In this document: in pieces, positions 38,627 to 60,365 of the stretch
How positions within the stretch are numbered: the first letter of the stretch is position 1
Layout of the letters: the number at the start of each line of letters is the position of its first letter
Source: the human T2T-CHM13v2.0 reference genome, Homo sapiens
Assembly (NCBI RefSeq): GCF_009914755.1
Contig: NC_060931.1
Strand: one strand, 5' to 3'
DNA length: 64,000 nt
Made by a program: the position numbers and the translations under genes
The notes under the pieces: model-generated
The model's database searches: none
What the model saw: only the letters and a program-made list of their open reading frames with translations
Told to the model about the DNA's origin: nothing

Positions 38627-39989
38627 TCCACTCTTTTTAGACACCTTTGTTGAGTTGTTGTTTTGGGCCTGTAAGTTTCTCTGGCTTATTGCCACTTTCC
38701 CCTCCTGTTTCTAGGGAAGAAATGATTATTTAGATAAAAAATAATTTGATAAAAGGTAGCAGATGACACCAAAGGTAAATCTTTGTCTTGAAGAGCCTGA
38801 AGCTGTGAGCACTGGTAAAGCCGTGGGCTGCAGTGAGGGAAGGGCCGGCTTGGAGCCGCCCTCAGCCTAGCCTCCGGGTGTTACCTGGAGCCCTTGCTGT
38901 CAGGACGGCCTGTCACTTCTCGCCCTTCTCCTGCCCTGCCAAGCCTGTCCCTTCCTGTGTTGTGACAACTTTTTTTTTTAAACAAGTATTTCTACAGCTC
39001 CATTATTTTGAGATTCTTGGAAGAAAGATACTATGTAAATGAAAATTAAAAATAAAATTCTCGCTGGAGGGAATCGTATACATGTAACGTTTTTGATGAG
39101 GTTTGGAAAAGACTTTCGTTCTCCCTCTGGAACTGGGAACATTCTGTGGCTCCCGTCACCATTTCTGTGTCACTCTGAAAGGTGTGGCAGATAATGGTGA
39201 AACATATTATTTTCTGTTTTTCACCAAGTAGTTGACCCAGAACTTGAACCCATGCAGTCCTGGGTCCAGTGAATTATTTCTGCTGCATACAGTTCTGCTG
39301 TGTCCTCGCCGAGAGCGTAGTCAGCAACCGCCCGGAGAATACCAACCTTTCAAAAGAAAAAGGGCTGGAGTCCCCAACATACAGAGATTACAGCTAAAAT
39401 TACGACCAGAGCTGTTAATCAAATCCCATCTTCCCTTCCTATTCACACAGTAGAGATGTTATAAGTCATACAGGTTTGAGACAGAAAATTGAGAGCAGAG
39501 GAGCATGTGTTTAAACCAGCATAGAAACATTCATTTACCAGAATTGCTTTATTTCAGCCGTATCTCAACTCGTTGCTTACACAGTAACGCATGCTGTCTC
39601 GTCACTCAGCCAAGTGGGAGACAAGTTCAGGTTTCTGCTCCATGGGATCCAGGAGCCTGCAGTCACCGATGAGCCTGGAGGACCACAAGGTGGCCAGGGC
39701 CCTTGGAGAGCTGTGCTGCGGAATCGTAAAGCTACCATCCGGAGCTGGCCGTCCCAGAGGGAAGGCTTGGTCATCTCTTCCCCTCCACCTGGTCCTCAGC
39801 CCTGGTCCCGCAGTTTGTCATCCCGCAGTTTGTCAGCATCGATGTGGGACTGGGAGAGGAAGGATATTGCCAGTTATGGTTGAATGTCATTGTCAGGGGA
39901 GTAAGAAGTAGTTTGTGATTGTTTTACGTGGCTCTGTGTTGGTATATAATTATGCTGTCATCTTAAAACGCCCTGATACCTTAATGAAA

Positions 39990-39991
<2 letters not shown>

Positions 39992-40044
<53 letters not shown>
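39992..40044. repeat. (TG)n(CG)n alternating purine-pyrimidine tract
   Basis: About 22 TG units then GCGCGCGCGC. Confidence 0.97.
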
Positions 40045-40045
<1 letters not shown>

Positions 40046-40418
40046 GTTAGTCTTCGGGGCTGCTTATTGTGTGTGAGAGCCAAGTCTTTCTAACACACGA
40101 GCTGAGTGCGTCGTCTTTTACTTGTTTCAAAACTGCCCATTCGAAACAGGTCGCAATCCATTATAAATGCAGCTGCCAGATTAATCTTCCCGAACCATTG
40201 ATTTCATCATGCCATTCCTCTCCTTAAACATCCATGGTGGCCCACTTAGGCACAGAGTGGAGACCACATTTCTTAGGGTAGCAGACAGAGTTCCTGATAG
40301 TCCTTTCTGCCCCACCTAAACCTTTTCCATCCCAGCTAGAATGACTCCAGAATCTTGCTTATTTGGGGGAGCTCCCTCCTCCTCCCTCTGTACATCTGAG
40401 CTTCAAGCCTACTTCAGA

Positions 40419-40733
40419 ATTTTTTTGTTTTTTTTTGTTTTTGATTTTTTGAGGCAGGGTCTTGCTCTGTTGCCGGCTGGAGTGCAGTGGTGAGATCATA
40501 GTTCACTGAAGCCTTGACCTCCCGGGCTCAAGCAATCCTTCCACCTCAGCCTCCCGGGTAGCTGGGACTATAGGCATGCACCACCACGCCTGGCTGATTT
40601 TTCCATTTTTTTTTTTAGAGACAGGGTTTTGCCCTGTTCCCCAGGCTGGTCTTGAGCTCCTGGGCTCCAGTAATCCTCCCTCCTTGGTCTCCTAAAGTAC
40701 TGGGATTATAGAGGTGAACCACTGCGCCCGGCC
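40419..40733 (-). mobile_element. AluJ with TSD TTCAAGCCTACTTCA
   Basis: Antisense dimer with flanking duplication. Confidence 0.92.
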
Positions 40734-41251
40734 TTCAAGCCTACTTCATGCATTCCTTTTTCTTTTGCCCCTGTGTGCCCGGCAGTAGTGATGGAGACTT
40801 AAAATAGCAGTGGCTTCCCGCCTAGAGGGCGGACAGGACTGGCAGGACGAGGCTGGGATGGATGGAGCAGTGTGTCTGAGCCTCTGGGAAGGCTGCAGGA
40901 AGGGCTTGGAAGGCGGGTCGGGGAGTGGGCAGGGGGTGCCCACTGAGTTCTGTGTGCTTGGGGAGGTGTGGGAGACAGGGCTTTCCAGCAGAACAGTCGT
41001 GGGGTGGCCGGGGATCTCTAGGGCTCCCCTCTGAGCTTGGGTTCCCTCCCTCTGCCCTGATTATCCCTTGGGTACCCACCACACCATCGCCACACAGGCC
41101 CCCACTCTCTGCCTTGTGTGTCCGATTTAGGACTCATTCAGCTGGTTAAGAATGCAAAATTAATTCTTTTTTTTAATATAGTGAAAGCAGGTAGATTATA
41201 TTAAAATGGCTGTGTTTTGAAAGCTACTGATAGGTACACCTATGGAATAGA

Positions 41252-41355
41252 TGTTTCTTTTTCAGTCCCATTAATTATCTTTCTGTGCAAAGTAACATAA
41301 GTGTTACTTTTTCAGTCCCATTAATTATCTTTCTTTGCAAAGTAACATAAGTGTT
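41252..41355. repeat. 50-bp tandem duplication (2 copies)
   Basis: TTTTTCAGTCCCATTAATTATCTTTCT(G/T)TGCAAAGTAACATAAGTGTT twice. Confidence 0.95.
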
Positions 41356-41365
41356 GGTTAAAATA

Positions 41366-42586
41366 CAGTTGACCCTTGAACAACATGGGGATTAGGGGCT
41401 GATCCCTTCTGCTGTTCCCCCTACCCCACCTGCACAGTCAAAAATCCACGTATAACTTTTTTTCTCCCCTCCCCTCCTTCTCTTCTCTTCTCTTCTCTTC
41501 TCTTCTCTTCTCTTCTCTTCTTTTCTTTTCTTTTCCTTTCCCTTCCTTTTCAGACGGGGTCTCATTCTGTCACCCAGGTTAGAGTGCAGTGACATAATCA
41601 TAGCTGACTGCAGCCTGGACATCCGGGGCTCAAGCAGTCCTCCCACATCAGCCTCCCAGTAGCTGGAACTACAGACACTCACCAGCATGCCTGGCTAATT
41701 TTTAATTTTTTTCTTTTTTTAGAGACAGGGTCTTGCTTTGTTGCCCAGGCTGGTCTTGAGCTCCTGGGTTCAAGTAATCTTCCTGTCCCAGCCTCCTAAA
41801 GAGCTGAGATTATAGGCATGAGCCACCAGGCCCACATAAAACTTTTCATTCCCCAAAAACTTAATTACTAATAGCCTACCGCTGATGGGAAGCCTTACCG
41901 ATAACATAAACAGTTGCTTAACATGTATTTTGTATGTTAATATGTGTGATATACTGTATTCTTAGAATGAAGTAAGCTAAAGAAAATGTTATTAAGAAAG
42001 TCGTAAGGAAGAGAGAATATATTTACTAATCAGAATATAGAATGGATCATCATAAAGGTCCTCATTCTCTTTGCCTTCATGTTGAGGAGTCTGAGGAGGA
42101 AGAGGAGGCGTTGGTCTTGTTGTTTCAAGGTGGTGGAGATGGAAGGGCTGGAGCAGGTGGAGGGGGAGTCGGGAGAAGCAGGCCCAATTGGTATAACTTG
42201 TTTTTTTTTTTTTTTTTTTGAGATGGGAGTTTTACCCTGTCACCCAGGCTGGAGTGCGGTGGCGGATCTCGACTCACTGCAACCTTCGCCTCCCAGGTTC
42301 AAGTGATTCTCCTGCCTCAGCCTCCTGAGTAGCTGGGACTACAGGCACCCACTACTACACCCAGCTAATTTTTATAGTAGAGATGGGTTTCACCGTGTTG
42401 GCCAGGTTGGTCTCAGAATTCCTGACCTCAGATGATCTGTCCGCTTCGGCCTCCCAAAGTGCTGGGATGACGGGTGGGAGCCACCATACCCAGCCCCACT
42501 CAATGTCACTTTTATTATGGAAAAAAAAAAATCTGCGTGTAAGTGGCCCCACACAGTTCAAACCTGTGTTGTTCAAGAGTCAGCTA
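41366..42586. mobile_element. Tigger2-family (MER8/MER28/Tigger2a-like) DNA transposon with two inserted antisense Alus (41530-41833, 42202-42496) and a (TTCTC)n tract
   Basis: TIR CAGTTGACCCTTGAACAACA at 41366 and degenerate inverse TGTTGTTCAAGAGTCAGCTA at 42567-42586, flanked by TA. Confidence 0.85.
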
Positions 42587-44687
42587 TATGTATAATTGTA
42601 CCTGTGGCACATAGAACACAAAAAGATCCACATTTTTAAAAACAGCATTGGGCAGAACAATTTTTTGACAGAGGTCTGTTTGACTCTGCTGACAGCCTGA
42701 GTGGGAGGAAACTTCCCCATATGAACGAACGGGGAAAGTGCATGTTGTAGTTCTCAAAACCCAAAAAAATCTAAGAGAAACCCAGCAGCAAGAAACACAG
42801 AGGTTTGGGTGTCAGCATCGGAGGAATGTCTCACGTCTGCCTTGTCCCCCAGACCCCGTCCCTGTGTCTGGGCAAAGGCACGCCCCGCTCCAGGTCGGCC
42901 CCATTTCAGAGCAGTGGCCCTCATAGGCTTTGTGGCCTCTTCATTTAGTCTAAGAAACTACCTAGGATATTTTTGTAGAGGTGACATCACTGTCTGGCTG
43001 CAGAAGCATTTGCTTGGATTTGGGGAAGTGAGGGCTGGGAGAGGAGGGCTTAGAGAGGCAGGATGCCCAGGCCCATTGCGGGTGGCTGATGGGGGGTGGG
43101 CTTAGCATCTGCAGGGACAGGGTGGAGGGAGAGGAGCCACCCCAGGCAGGGGGAAGGGGTGTGCCCCCTTTGGGATATGGAGGTTTTGGGGGGCTGGTGG
43201 GAGGGAATTCCAGGGGTCGAGCCCCTGGGGAAAAGGAGGCTTTAAGGTCAGTGGAAAAGTGGGTGCCAAAGTCTGGAAGATGAGTTGAAACCTGGAGTTT
43301 GAAGCCCGGGGAGGATTTTGTTGGAGTGTTGGCTGGTGCTGGAGAGTTTTGCATCACTTGGGGTGGGGTGGGGTGAAGAATTAACTTGAACTGGCACAGC
43401 ACCCCTTTGTCTTGACTTTCCCTGTTCTGGAGTGAGGACGGCTTGATGTTTCAGCAAAAGGAGTAGTGGAGAGGGAGAATATTTGCTTGTAGGATTGGGT
43501 TCCACATACCATATCTACAGTTTTACATCCACTGGTGACAAGACAGGAGCTTTTCTATTTTTGTTTTGTATTTTTATGTTTTTGTGCACTAACAGTAATG
43601 GTTTCATGGGAACAGATGGCGGACGGACACGGGCTTAGGCTCTTGGTTTATTTCATGTTACTTGCATGACAGCCCTATGGAGCTGCGTACCTGCCATAGG
43701 TGAGAAGCCGGGAGTTGGGGTTACATCCCGGACTTTGCTGAGCTCCAGGAGTGTTTTTCCTCCCGACCTGCGCTGTTCCCTAGACAACCCTCAGCCGAAG
43801 CAGTGGGGTCATCGGGTGACTCAGAAGGGACCTCTTCTCAGGGGCCGCCCAAGATGAGCTTGGCTGGGTCTGGGTCACTTAGCAGTGAGCAGCAGGGGAT
43901 GGAAATGGGGCCGGGGTGGGTGGGCTTGAGGGGAGCACTTTCTCAGGGACGCCTGGCTGGAGCCTTGCCCTGGCAAGACTTCAAACTCAGCCCCGCAGAG
44001 AAGGGTCATCTGATGATAGAATCACGGCTGCCCCATCATTCCCATTAGCAAACTTCATCTGATAGTTGGGGTACGGTTGTGGCTCAGGCTGTAAGGAGCC
44101 CCCCTGTTGCATTACTCACTATCCTCAAGATGCCCCATCCTTGCCTGAAGCAAGTTTGTTGGGACAGTTTTGGGGAACTGTTAGGAGAGAGGCCTGGTCA
44201 TGGGGCCGGAGGGGCCCAGAGGAGCGGCCTGCCCTATCTGTGGGCGGTTCGGTGAGTGCTAGATGGGGTGTCTCTTTACAAGACTTTCCTCTGAGATGCT
44301 GGGGCTATGCCCCTGGGTGCTGGGGAGTGAATTGCCCGTAGATACTGATACCTGTACTTAACCCTGTGACGGTCAAGACCAGATCCCCACTCTCCAAGCC
44401 CCTGGGAAACTGGTTGATGTAGCCCCTGCAGTGATACCGCACTCAAATCCATGCAGATCCCCTGACATGGTCGGGGCAGCACCCACCACGCAGGCTTCTG
44501 TTCTGAGCTACATGGGATGTTGGGCGTGTGTTTTCTAAGAGACTGATTTCATAAGACATGTACCAGTGGCCGACTGGCCTGAAACAGCCTGGGCACAGCG
44601 ACATCCCTGAGATCTTAGCTTCTTTTCCTCGGGGAATTATCATTGGACTGGAAAACTGAGGTTTTGGGCCACTCTGGATTCAGATGC

Positions 44688-44986
<299 letters not shown>

Positions 44987-45419
44987 CAGATAACTCTTGC
45001 CTGCCTGATTTTTTTATAATGATGCACTTTGTTTTGTTAAAAATTTATAAATTTAAAGACAAAATATGCAAAAATGTGCCCTGGTCTCAGAAATAACACA
45101 GCACATTCGAGTGAAGTTGTTGGCAGTTCCGTGTGTTTTGGGGTGATTCATTTTTTTCATAGGTTGTTGGGGCTGTGCATCCATTCGTGTTCTGAGCACA
45201 CTCCATGGTACCTGATGACTCGAATGGATCCTGTTCAAGCCCCTGGGTTACCCAAAGAAATATACTTCTGGCCTGCTGGTTGGTCAGAGAATGCAGGACA
45301 CATTGGGGTATCGCGAGGTGTCCAATGGCAGCGGGTTGGGTGTGTCTGCTGTGTGAACAGGGCAGGGGTTTGGGAAGATGGACTCTGGCTGTCTTGCTCC
45401 AAAGACTTCCTTAGGCTGT

Positions 45420-45880
<461 letters not shown>

Positions 45881-45961
45881 GGCCTGGGAACAGACGGAGC
45901 AGGACTGATACACAAAGCCCCACAGAGTCACTTCTGTCTTCTGAAGGCCCTGAGAAATAAC

Positions 45962-45963
<2 letters not shown>

Positions 45964-45994
<31 letters not shown>

Positions 45995-46284
45995 TAGAGA
46001 CAGAGTCTCGCTCTGTCGCCCAGGCTCCAGTACAGTGGTGTGATTATAGCTCACTGCAGCTTTGACCTCCCGGGCTCAAGCTATCCTCCCACCTCAGGTT
46101 CCCGAGTAGCTGGAATTACAGGCATGCGCCACCATGCCAGGCTAACTTTTTTGTATTTTTTGTAGAGATAGGGGGGGTCTCACTGTGTTGCCCAGGCTGG
46201 TCTTGAACTCCTGGCCTCAGGCGATCCTCCTGCCTTAGCCTCCGAAAGTGCTGGGATTCCAGGCCTGAGCTGCCATGCCTAGCC
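45964..46284 (-). mobile_element. AluJ with (TAT)n tail
   Basis: Antisense dimer. Confidence 0.9.
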
Positions 46285-47354
46285 CCGATTTTTAAACTGA
46301 AGAGGGATGGTTCAGTTGTTGGGGTGTGTCTTAGAGGATCCTTCTGGAAGCCCCACATGGAAGGCGGGCTAGAGTGAGGAGGGAGGGGTGATAATGGAAC
46401 CAGGAGGGTGTGGTGGTCATGGCCCAGTGAGAGGATGCCAGGCTGTGGCCGTGCCAGACTCAGTGTGCCTGGCCCTGGCATTTCAGGCAGGGACCACTGA
46501 GGGGTGATGGGAGAGATGGGGCTGGGTGAGTGGCATTTCCACAGGCATCCAGAGGGGTGCGAAAAACTGAGGTTGGGGAACAGCAGGGGCAGGGAACAGC
46601 CTGTGGAGGGTGTGGTCATCAGTGTCCCCCACCGACATGGCACATCCAGCGAGCCCACTGTGTCCCCAGCACCTGCGGTGCAGGGGGCTGGCACCTTCAG
46701 GGGCGGGCTTCGTGCAGACGTCCACCCAGTCAGTCCCCACAGGTTTATCAAACACAAGTGGGGCGACAGGACCCACACTTCGGCGTTGGACGTGACTCAC
46801 GCGGGGAGTTGGCTTGGAGTTCCTTTATTCATCCCTATTTGCTTTCTGTCTGTAATCCTTTGTAATTCCCTGGTTTCATGATGTAATTCTAATGGAAATA
46901 AACCCGAACCTTTCAAAATTATGTAATTAATTGCATTCAGCTTCAATGACAATGACTAATTATAGTGATACCTGGTGGCAAGGCAGGTACCTACTGCTGG
47001 GGGGCTCCTGTCTGCTTGGTACTAGGACTGCCACTTCTGGGCGCGTCGGAGCGGCTGCACAGGGGGTCAGCTGGCTGTCCTGTGGCCTGCTCCGGTGCCT
47101 CTGGTCCCCATCTTACCAGGAGCAGCGCCATGGCCATGCAGGGAGGGGCCGGAGAGGGAGGTGGTGTGCAGGGAGGAGCTGCTTAGGGGTGGGAGGGCTT
47201 GGACTTGTCTGCAGGTTAAAGAGAAGTCTTGCTGGGAAAGTAACTTCGGGGCTGGTTCCCTGAGAGCATTCTTCTCTGATTCATGTATTTTCCTGAGAAA
47301 AAGGGAGGAGGGTGCGTTCGACTGAACGTGAAGCGTTCAAGGATCGGAAAGGCA

Positions 47355-47826
47355 AGCCAGGTACAGTGGCTTACACCTGTAATACCAACACTTTGGGAGG
47401 CTGAGGCAGGAGGATCACTTGAGAGCCCAGGAGTTCAAGACCAGCCTGGGCAGCACAGTGAGACCCCATCTCTACAGAAAAAAAAAAAGAAAAGAAAAGA
47501 AATTAGCCCAGCATGGTGGCTCACACCTGTGATACCAATACTTTAGGAGGTCAAGGCGGAAGGATTGCTTGAGCCCAGTTGTTCAAGACCAGCATGGGCA
47601 ACAGTGAGACCCTGTCTCTACAGAAAAAAAAAAAAGAAAGAAATTAGCTGAGCGTGATGGTGCACACCTGTGATCCTGGCTGCTCAGGAGGCTGAGGCAG
47701 GAGGATCGCTTGAGCCCAGGAGTTGGAAGCTGCAGTGACGTATGACAGTGCCATTCCACTCCAGCCTGGGTGACAGAGCAAGAGGAAGACTCTGTCTCTT
47801 AAAAAAAAAAAAAAAAAAAAAAAAAA
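47355..47826 (+). mobile_element. AluJ with duplicated left arm (trimer)
   Basis: Left arm, left arm, right arm. Confidence 0.88.
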
Positions 47827-48390
47827 GAATCCAAAAGCAAGCTTATGGAGAAGGGAGAAAGTGCGACAGTCACCTCGGGGCGTGGGAGAGCAGAAGATGG
47901 ATGTCAGGTTAAAAACCATTACTGTGCTGTAGTATTTCCAGGAGGCCAAGTCCAGGGCTCTGGGACCTGTACACTGCGGCATCAGACCCTAAAACAGAGC
48001 TCTCAGGTTTTCGCCTTCCCAGGAAGTCTGCATCCTTTTTGCAGACTGGTTTTATTCTGTGTTAGGAGGAGGCGATTTTGCTAAGAAATCTTCACTGCAA
48101 TTTTCCCCCCCAAATCAGGGCACTTGGCATCTCCTTCTAACGGGGGGTGCAGAGTCTGTCCTAGAATGGGACGCACAGTGTTCACACGAGTACCGAGTAG
48201 GTGGGGTGCTGGGCCGGCCCCTCTGATCCTGTCCTACCCTGTGCAGCCACGTGCCTTTCCTTATCCCCAGACTTCTGTTGTCACGATTCTTCCAGGGAAG
48301 AATCTGGAAGTGGAATCCACAGGGCGGTGCCCAGGGATGGCCTTTAGTGCCTAGTGTTCTGTTTCAGAGAGAGGCCTCTTATTTATTTGA

Positions 48391-48712
<322 letters not shown>

Positions 48713-48909
48713 TTATTTTCTATTTTTAAAGAAAGAGCAAGACTGAAAACATTTGCATGCACAGTGAGTTTTAAAAAGTTCCTTTTTTTAGAGAGGACCA
48801 AGAAGGTGCAGAGTACTCTTGAAAAGAAATTTTTTTTCTGTTCTAAACGTGCCGCTTGTTGCCCTGGTGCAGAGAGCAGTTCTTTTGATACAATACCTCC
48901 GTCCCGTAA

Positions 48910-49770
<861 letters not shown>

Positions 49771-49789
49771 GCTTTTTGAGTCTGTTGTA

Positions 49790-50390
<601 letters not shown>

Positions 50391-50569
50391 GCATTTTGGC
50401 CTCTTATGTGTAAGTCCCGTTTGTTCTCCAGAATGCTGCTTTTAACACCCAGCCCGTTCCATCTCTCTCTCTTCTGCCTTGGGTGTCATGCTGTCTCTTC
50501 TTCAGATTTCTCCTGGGGTGCAGGTGCTCCCCTGCGAACCACTGCTGTGCACAAAGTGATTTTGTGCTC

Positions 50570-50938
50570 AGGCAGGTGGATCGCTTGAGCCCAGGAGTTT
50601 GAAACCACCCTGGGCAATACAGTGAGACCCCATCTCTACAAAAAAAATGGCTGTTGTGCAGTTTGGGATGAGAGTTGGTTGCCCCCGCGGTCCTCCCTTC
50701 CCCCAACCCCACCTGCCCTCCTTGCTCAGCAACAAGGGACCCCCTTCACTGGACTATGAAGCCTGAGGGTTGTCTAAATCAATCCTTGGCCAGGCGCAGT
50801 GGCTCATGCCTGTAATCCCAACACTTTGGGAGGCCAAGGCGGGTGCATCACCTGAGGTCAGGAGTTCGAGACCAGCCTGGCCAAGGCTCTGAGAGCAGCG
50901 AGACTCCTTCTCAAAAAAAAAAAAAAAAAAAAAAAAAG
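50570..50938 (+). mobile_element. Alu fragments (50570-50648; internally deleted Alu 50787-50938)
   Basis: Partial Alu arms with A tails. Confidence 0.8.
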
Positions 50939-51731
50939 AATCCTGGCTGTTCCTTCCCCACGGCCAGTGGGCATTACACTTTGTTTTGGCTGGAGAAACC
51001 GGGAGTGCCCGTTGTTTGCCTGGAGACATGCCTGTGGGAGAAGAGGCTGCCCCCACCTGCTACCATCATCCCAGCATGGGTGCGGTGGGGGGCAGGGGAG
51101 ACAGAGTAAAAATCGCAGAGGACATGGGGCAGAAAGATGGAAGGAACCTGGGCCCTCGATGGCTCTGAGTGAGTCAGTCCTGCAGTGCCCCGTCCCCATT
51201 TTTCTGTGGCCTGGGAAAGTCAAATTTCCTCATCCTTTGTAGTTGGCCATTGTGTTATTTGGAGATGGAAGAGCATTCTGAAACAAGCCACTATAATGAA
51301 AATCCAGGTCGTAGCAACTTGCCGTGCACGGCTTTGGCTTGGCATGGACTTACAGTGACATCTTTGAGATGCACTTGTCCGGGGTGCAGGTATATTTGAG
51401 AGTGTGAGGAGGACATATGTCCTCTAAGCTCTGTTTTCTAAAGGCAGCAGAATTCCATTTGCCAAGCCAGATGTCCCTCAATACGTTAGATCCCACCAAT
51501 AAAACATTAAGCAATTACAATGGTTAATATTCACTAAAGTATAATTAGAAGCTGGCGTAAATTGTGAATGAAATTGGCGGGTTCCATACGTTACAGTGAA
51601 ATACCAAATCTTTTTTTAGTTGTGTATGTGTATCTCAGTGAGTCTGTCAACTCAGATGAGTGAATCTTACCTCCTCTGTGGATAGAAACGAGCTCAATTT
51701 CAACTCAGTTCACTATAATTTTAAATGTTTA

Positions 51732-53042
<1,311 letters not shown>

Positions 53043-53061
53043 TCCACCTTCAGAATTGACC

Positions 53062-53462
53062 TGTGTTAATCTGTCCAGACTGCCGTAACAGAATACCATA
53101 GATGGGGTGGCTTCACATATTTACACAACACATATTTATCTCTCATAGTTCTGGAGGCTGGAAAGTCCATGATCCGGGTACGGGCCAACGTGGTTCCTGG
53201 TGCGGGCCCTTTTCCTGGCTTGCAGATGGCCTCGTTTTTGCTGTGTTGCCACATAGCAGAGAGTGTGCGCAGGCAGGCAAGCCAGCTCTCTGGTATCTCT
53301 TGTTTTAAGTACACTAATCCCATCATGAGGGCTTTACCCTAGTGACCTCATCTCATCCTCACGACCTTCCAAAGGCCACACCTCCAAGTACCATCATATT
53401 GGAGGCTGGGGCTTCAATGTATGAATTTGAGGGGGGTGGACAACACAGTTCAGTCCGTAGCA
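53062..53462 (-). mobile_element. MLT1A-like MaLR solo LTR
   Basis: TG...CA ends; CATAGTTCTGGAGGCTGGAAAGTCCA, CACTAATCCCATCATGAGGGC, TATGAATTTGAGGGG. Confidence 0.85.
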
Positions 53463-53479
53463 GCACCCTAGCTCACACG

Positions 53480-57800
<4,321 letters not shown>

Positions 57801-58081
57801 TTCTTTTTTTTTTCTTTTAGAATATAATTGATTTTTAAATTCACTTACTTGTTTCAACTGCCTGGAGTAGGGATTCCTGTCAGTTTCTAAAGGCTATTAA
57901 TATCTTTGTCTTTCTGTCAAACAAGTTAAGTGATAGGGACCTCGTTTCCTCCCTTCAGCCTGTTGAGATCGTTTAGATTCTAGGATAATGGTGCCATATA
58001 GGACTGTGGCCCTCGGGTGTGCAGAATCAGCGTCACCAGGTATTAGACTTTCAGTATTAATGTTCTCTCCTTGCTAGAATA

Positions 58082-58540
58082 TGTGAACAAATGTGAACCT
58101 TTTGAAAGAGCCAATCCTTCAGGATGGATCCAGAATGGCTAACCAGGCCTAAATCTAAAATAGAGCCAGACGGCCATTTGCAGATTGGAAGTCACACACT
58201 TAGTCTGAGTTCCCTGAAAACCTGCACCTTTCTTAAGTTTGGGACTTTCAGAGCTCACCTGACCCAACTAGTCTGAGTTCACCAGCCCTGGCCAATCAGG
58301 GCTCAGCTGTGTCAACCAATCAGCCCTAAGCACGTTTGAATCATTCATAAAGAAATCTGACTGGGAACCTGGGTGGGCACTGTTGCTATTAACAAACACC
58401 GTCCCCCTCCCCGCCCCCGCCCCCGCCCCCAACCCCAGCAGCTTCTGTTTACACGGAAGGCTGCATCTCCCTGGTTTGCACGTTGTCCACGGGAATAAAG
58501 TCTCTTTCCTCCAGATTCCTTTTCAGAGCACTTTTGTTAA
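58082..58540 (+). mobile_element. ERV1-class solo LTR (MER31/MER67-like; subfamily uncertain), sense to CUX1
   Basis: Starts TGTGAACAAATGTGAACC; CCAAT boxes at 58292 and 58316, TATTAA at 58387, AATAAA at 58494, ends CTTTTGTTAA. Confidence 0.7.
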
Positions 58541-58839
58541 GTATTTTAAATGATAGTGCATTTAAAGAAGTCTTTCTGTGATAAACTTCCTGAGACTTTA
58601 AAGTCTGAGTCTATACTTATTCCACCCTCATATTTAAGTGATACATTAGCTGGATGTAAAATTGTAGGTCAAAATTCTTTTTCTTCAACACCCAGATTAT
58701 TCCCCTGTTTTCTTTTTGCACAGAGAGTCACGGTTGAGAAATATGAGGACAGTGTGATTCTTACTGCTTTGGAGGGAAGTCTGGTTTTTCTTTTTATCCC
58801 TGTCTTCATTCTTTTTTCTTTTTATCCTTGTCATCGTTC

Positions 58840-59513
<674 letters not shown>

Positions 59514-59582
59514 CTGTTCTCTGTATCTCTTAACATTAGCCTCATTCTCAAACATGAAGAGAGTAGCCTTGGTGTAGACTGG

Positions 59583-59675
59583 CCACGAATTGGCGATTGT
59601 TGAGATGGGCGATTGGTAGTGAGGGTACCCATGAATTGGCGATTGTTGAGACAGGCGATGGGTGGTGAGGTACTG
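59583..59675. repeat. 46-bp tandem duplication, probably within an old L1M 3' fragment
   Basis: CCA(C/T)GAATTGGCGATTGTTGAGA..GGCGAT.GGT.GTGAGG twice. Confidence 0.85.
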
Positions 59676-59869
59676 TTTGTATGTATTTGAAATACTGTCT
59701 GTGTATAGCTCCAGTTGAATTACCTCCTACTGAGACCCACTGGCCTTAGCCTGTGGTGTGGGGATGAAAGTGGGGAGGGAATAGAGGAGGAGGCTGGCTA
59801 GATAGGCTTGGGGCTGGCTGCCAGGACAGTTAACATGACTTACATGGCACATCGTACATTTCTATGGAA

Positions 59870-60365
59870 CAGTGCTGTTCCGATTTAGCCCCTTGCTAGG
59901 CAAAGTGATTCATGAACCAGCAACAGTGGTATCACCTGGGAGCTCGTTAGAAATGCAGGATCTGGCCGAGCACAGAGGCTTATGCCTATAATCCCCGCAC
60001 TTTGGGAGGCTGAGGCCGGAGGACCACTTGAGTTCAAGACCAGCCTGGCCAACGTGGTAAAACCCCATCTCTACTAAAAATACAAAATTAGCCAGATGCA
60101 GTGGCACATGCATGTAATCCCAGCTACTTGGGAGGCTGAGGCAGGGGAATCGCTTGACCCCAGGAGTCGGAGATTTCAGTGAGCCGAGATTGCACCACTG
60201 CACTCCAGCCTGGGTGACAAAGGGAGACTCCATCTAAAAAAAAAAAAGAAAAAATGCAGGCTCTCAGGCCCCACCCCAGGCCTCCTGAGACAGAATCTGC
60301 ATTTTTATGAGATTGTCAGGTGAATCATATGCACATGAATGTTTGCACATTAAATGAGCACTGGT
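59870..60365. mobile_element. MER5A/B-like DNA transposon interrupted by + Alu (59964-60250)
   Basis: ATCACCTGGGAGCTCGTTAGAAATGCAG...CTCAGGCCCCACCCCAG...CAGAATCTGCATTTT; TSD AAATGCAGG(A/C)TCT. Confidence 0.82.

Noticed and set aside
41252-41355. Direct repeats as a possible CRISPR-like array (also 59583-59675, 2239-2319)
   Set aside because: Only two adjacent copies, no unique spacers, eukaryotic context
46116-46881. 220-aa and overlapping ORFs
   Set aside because: G-rich intronic sequence running into an Alu; no homology recognised
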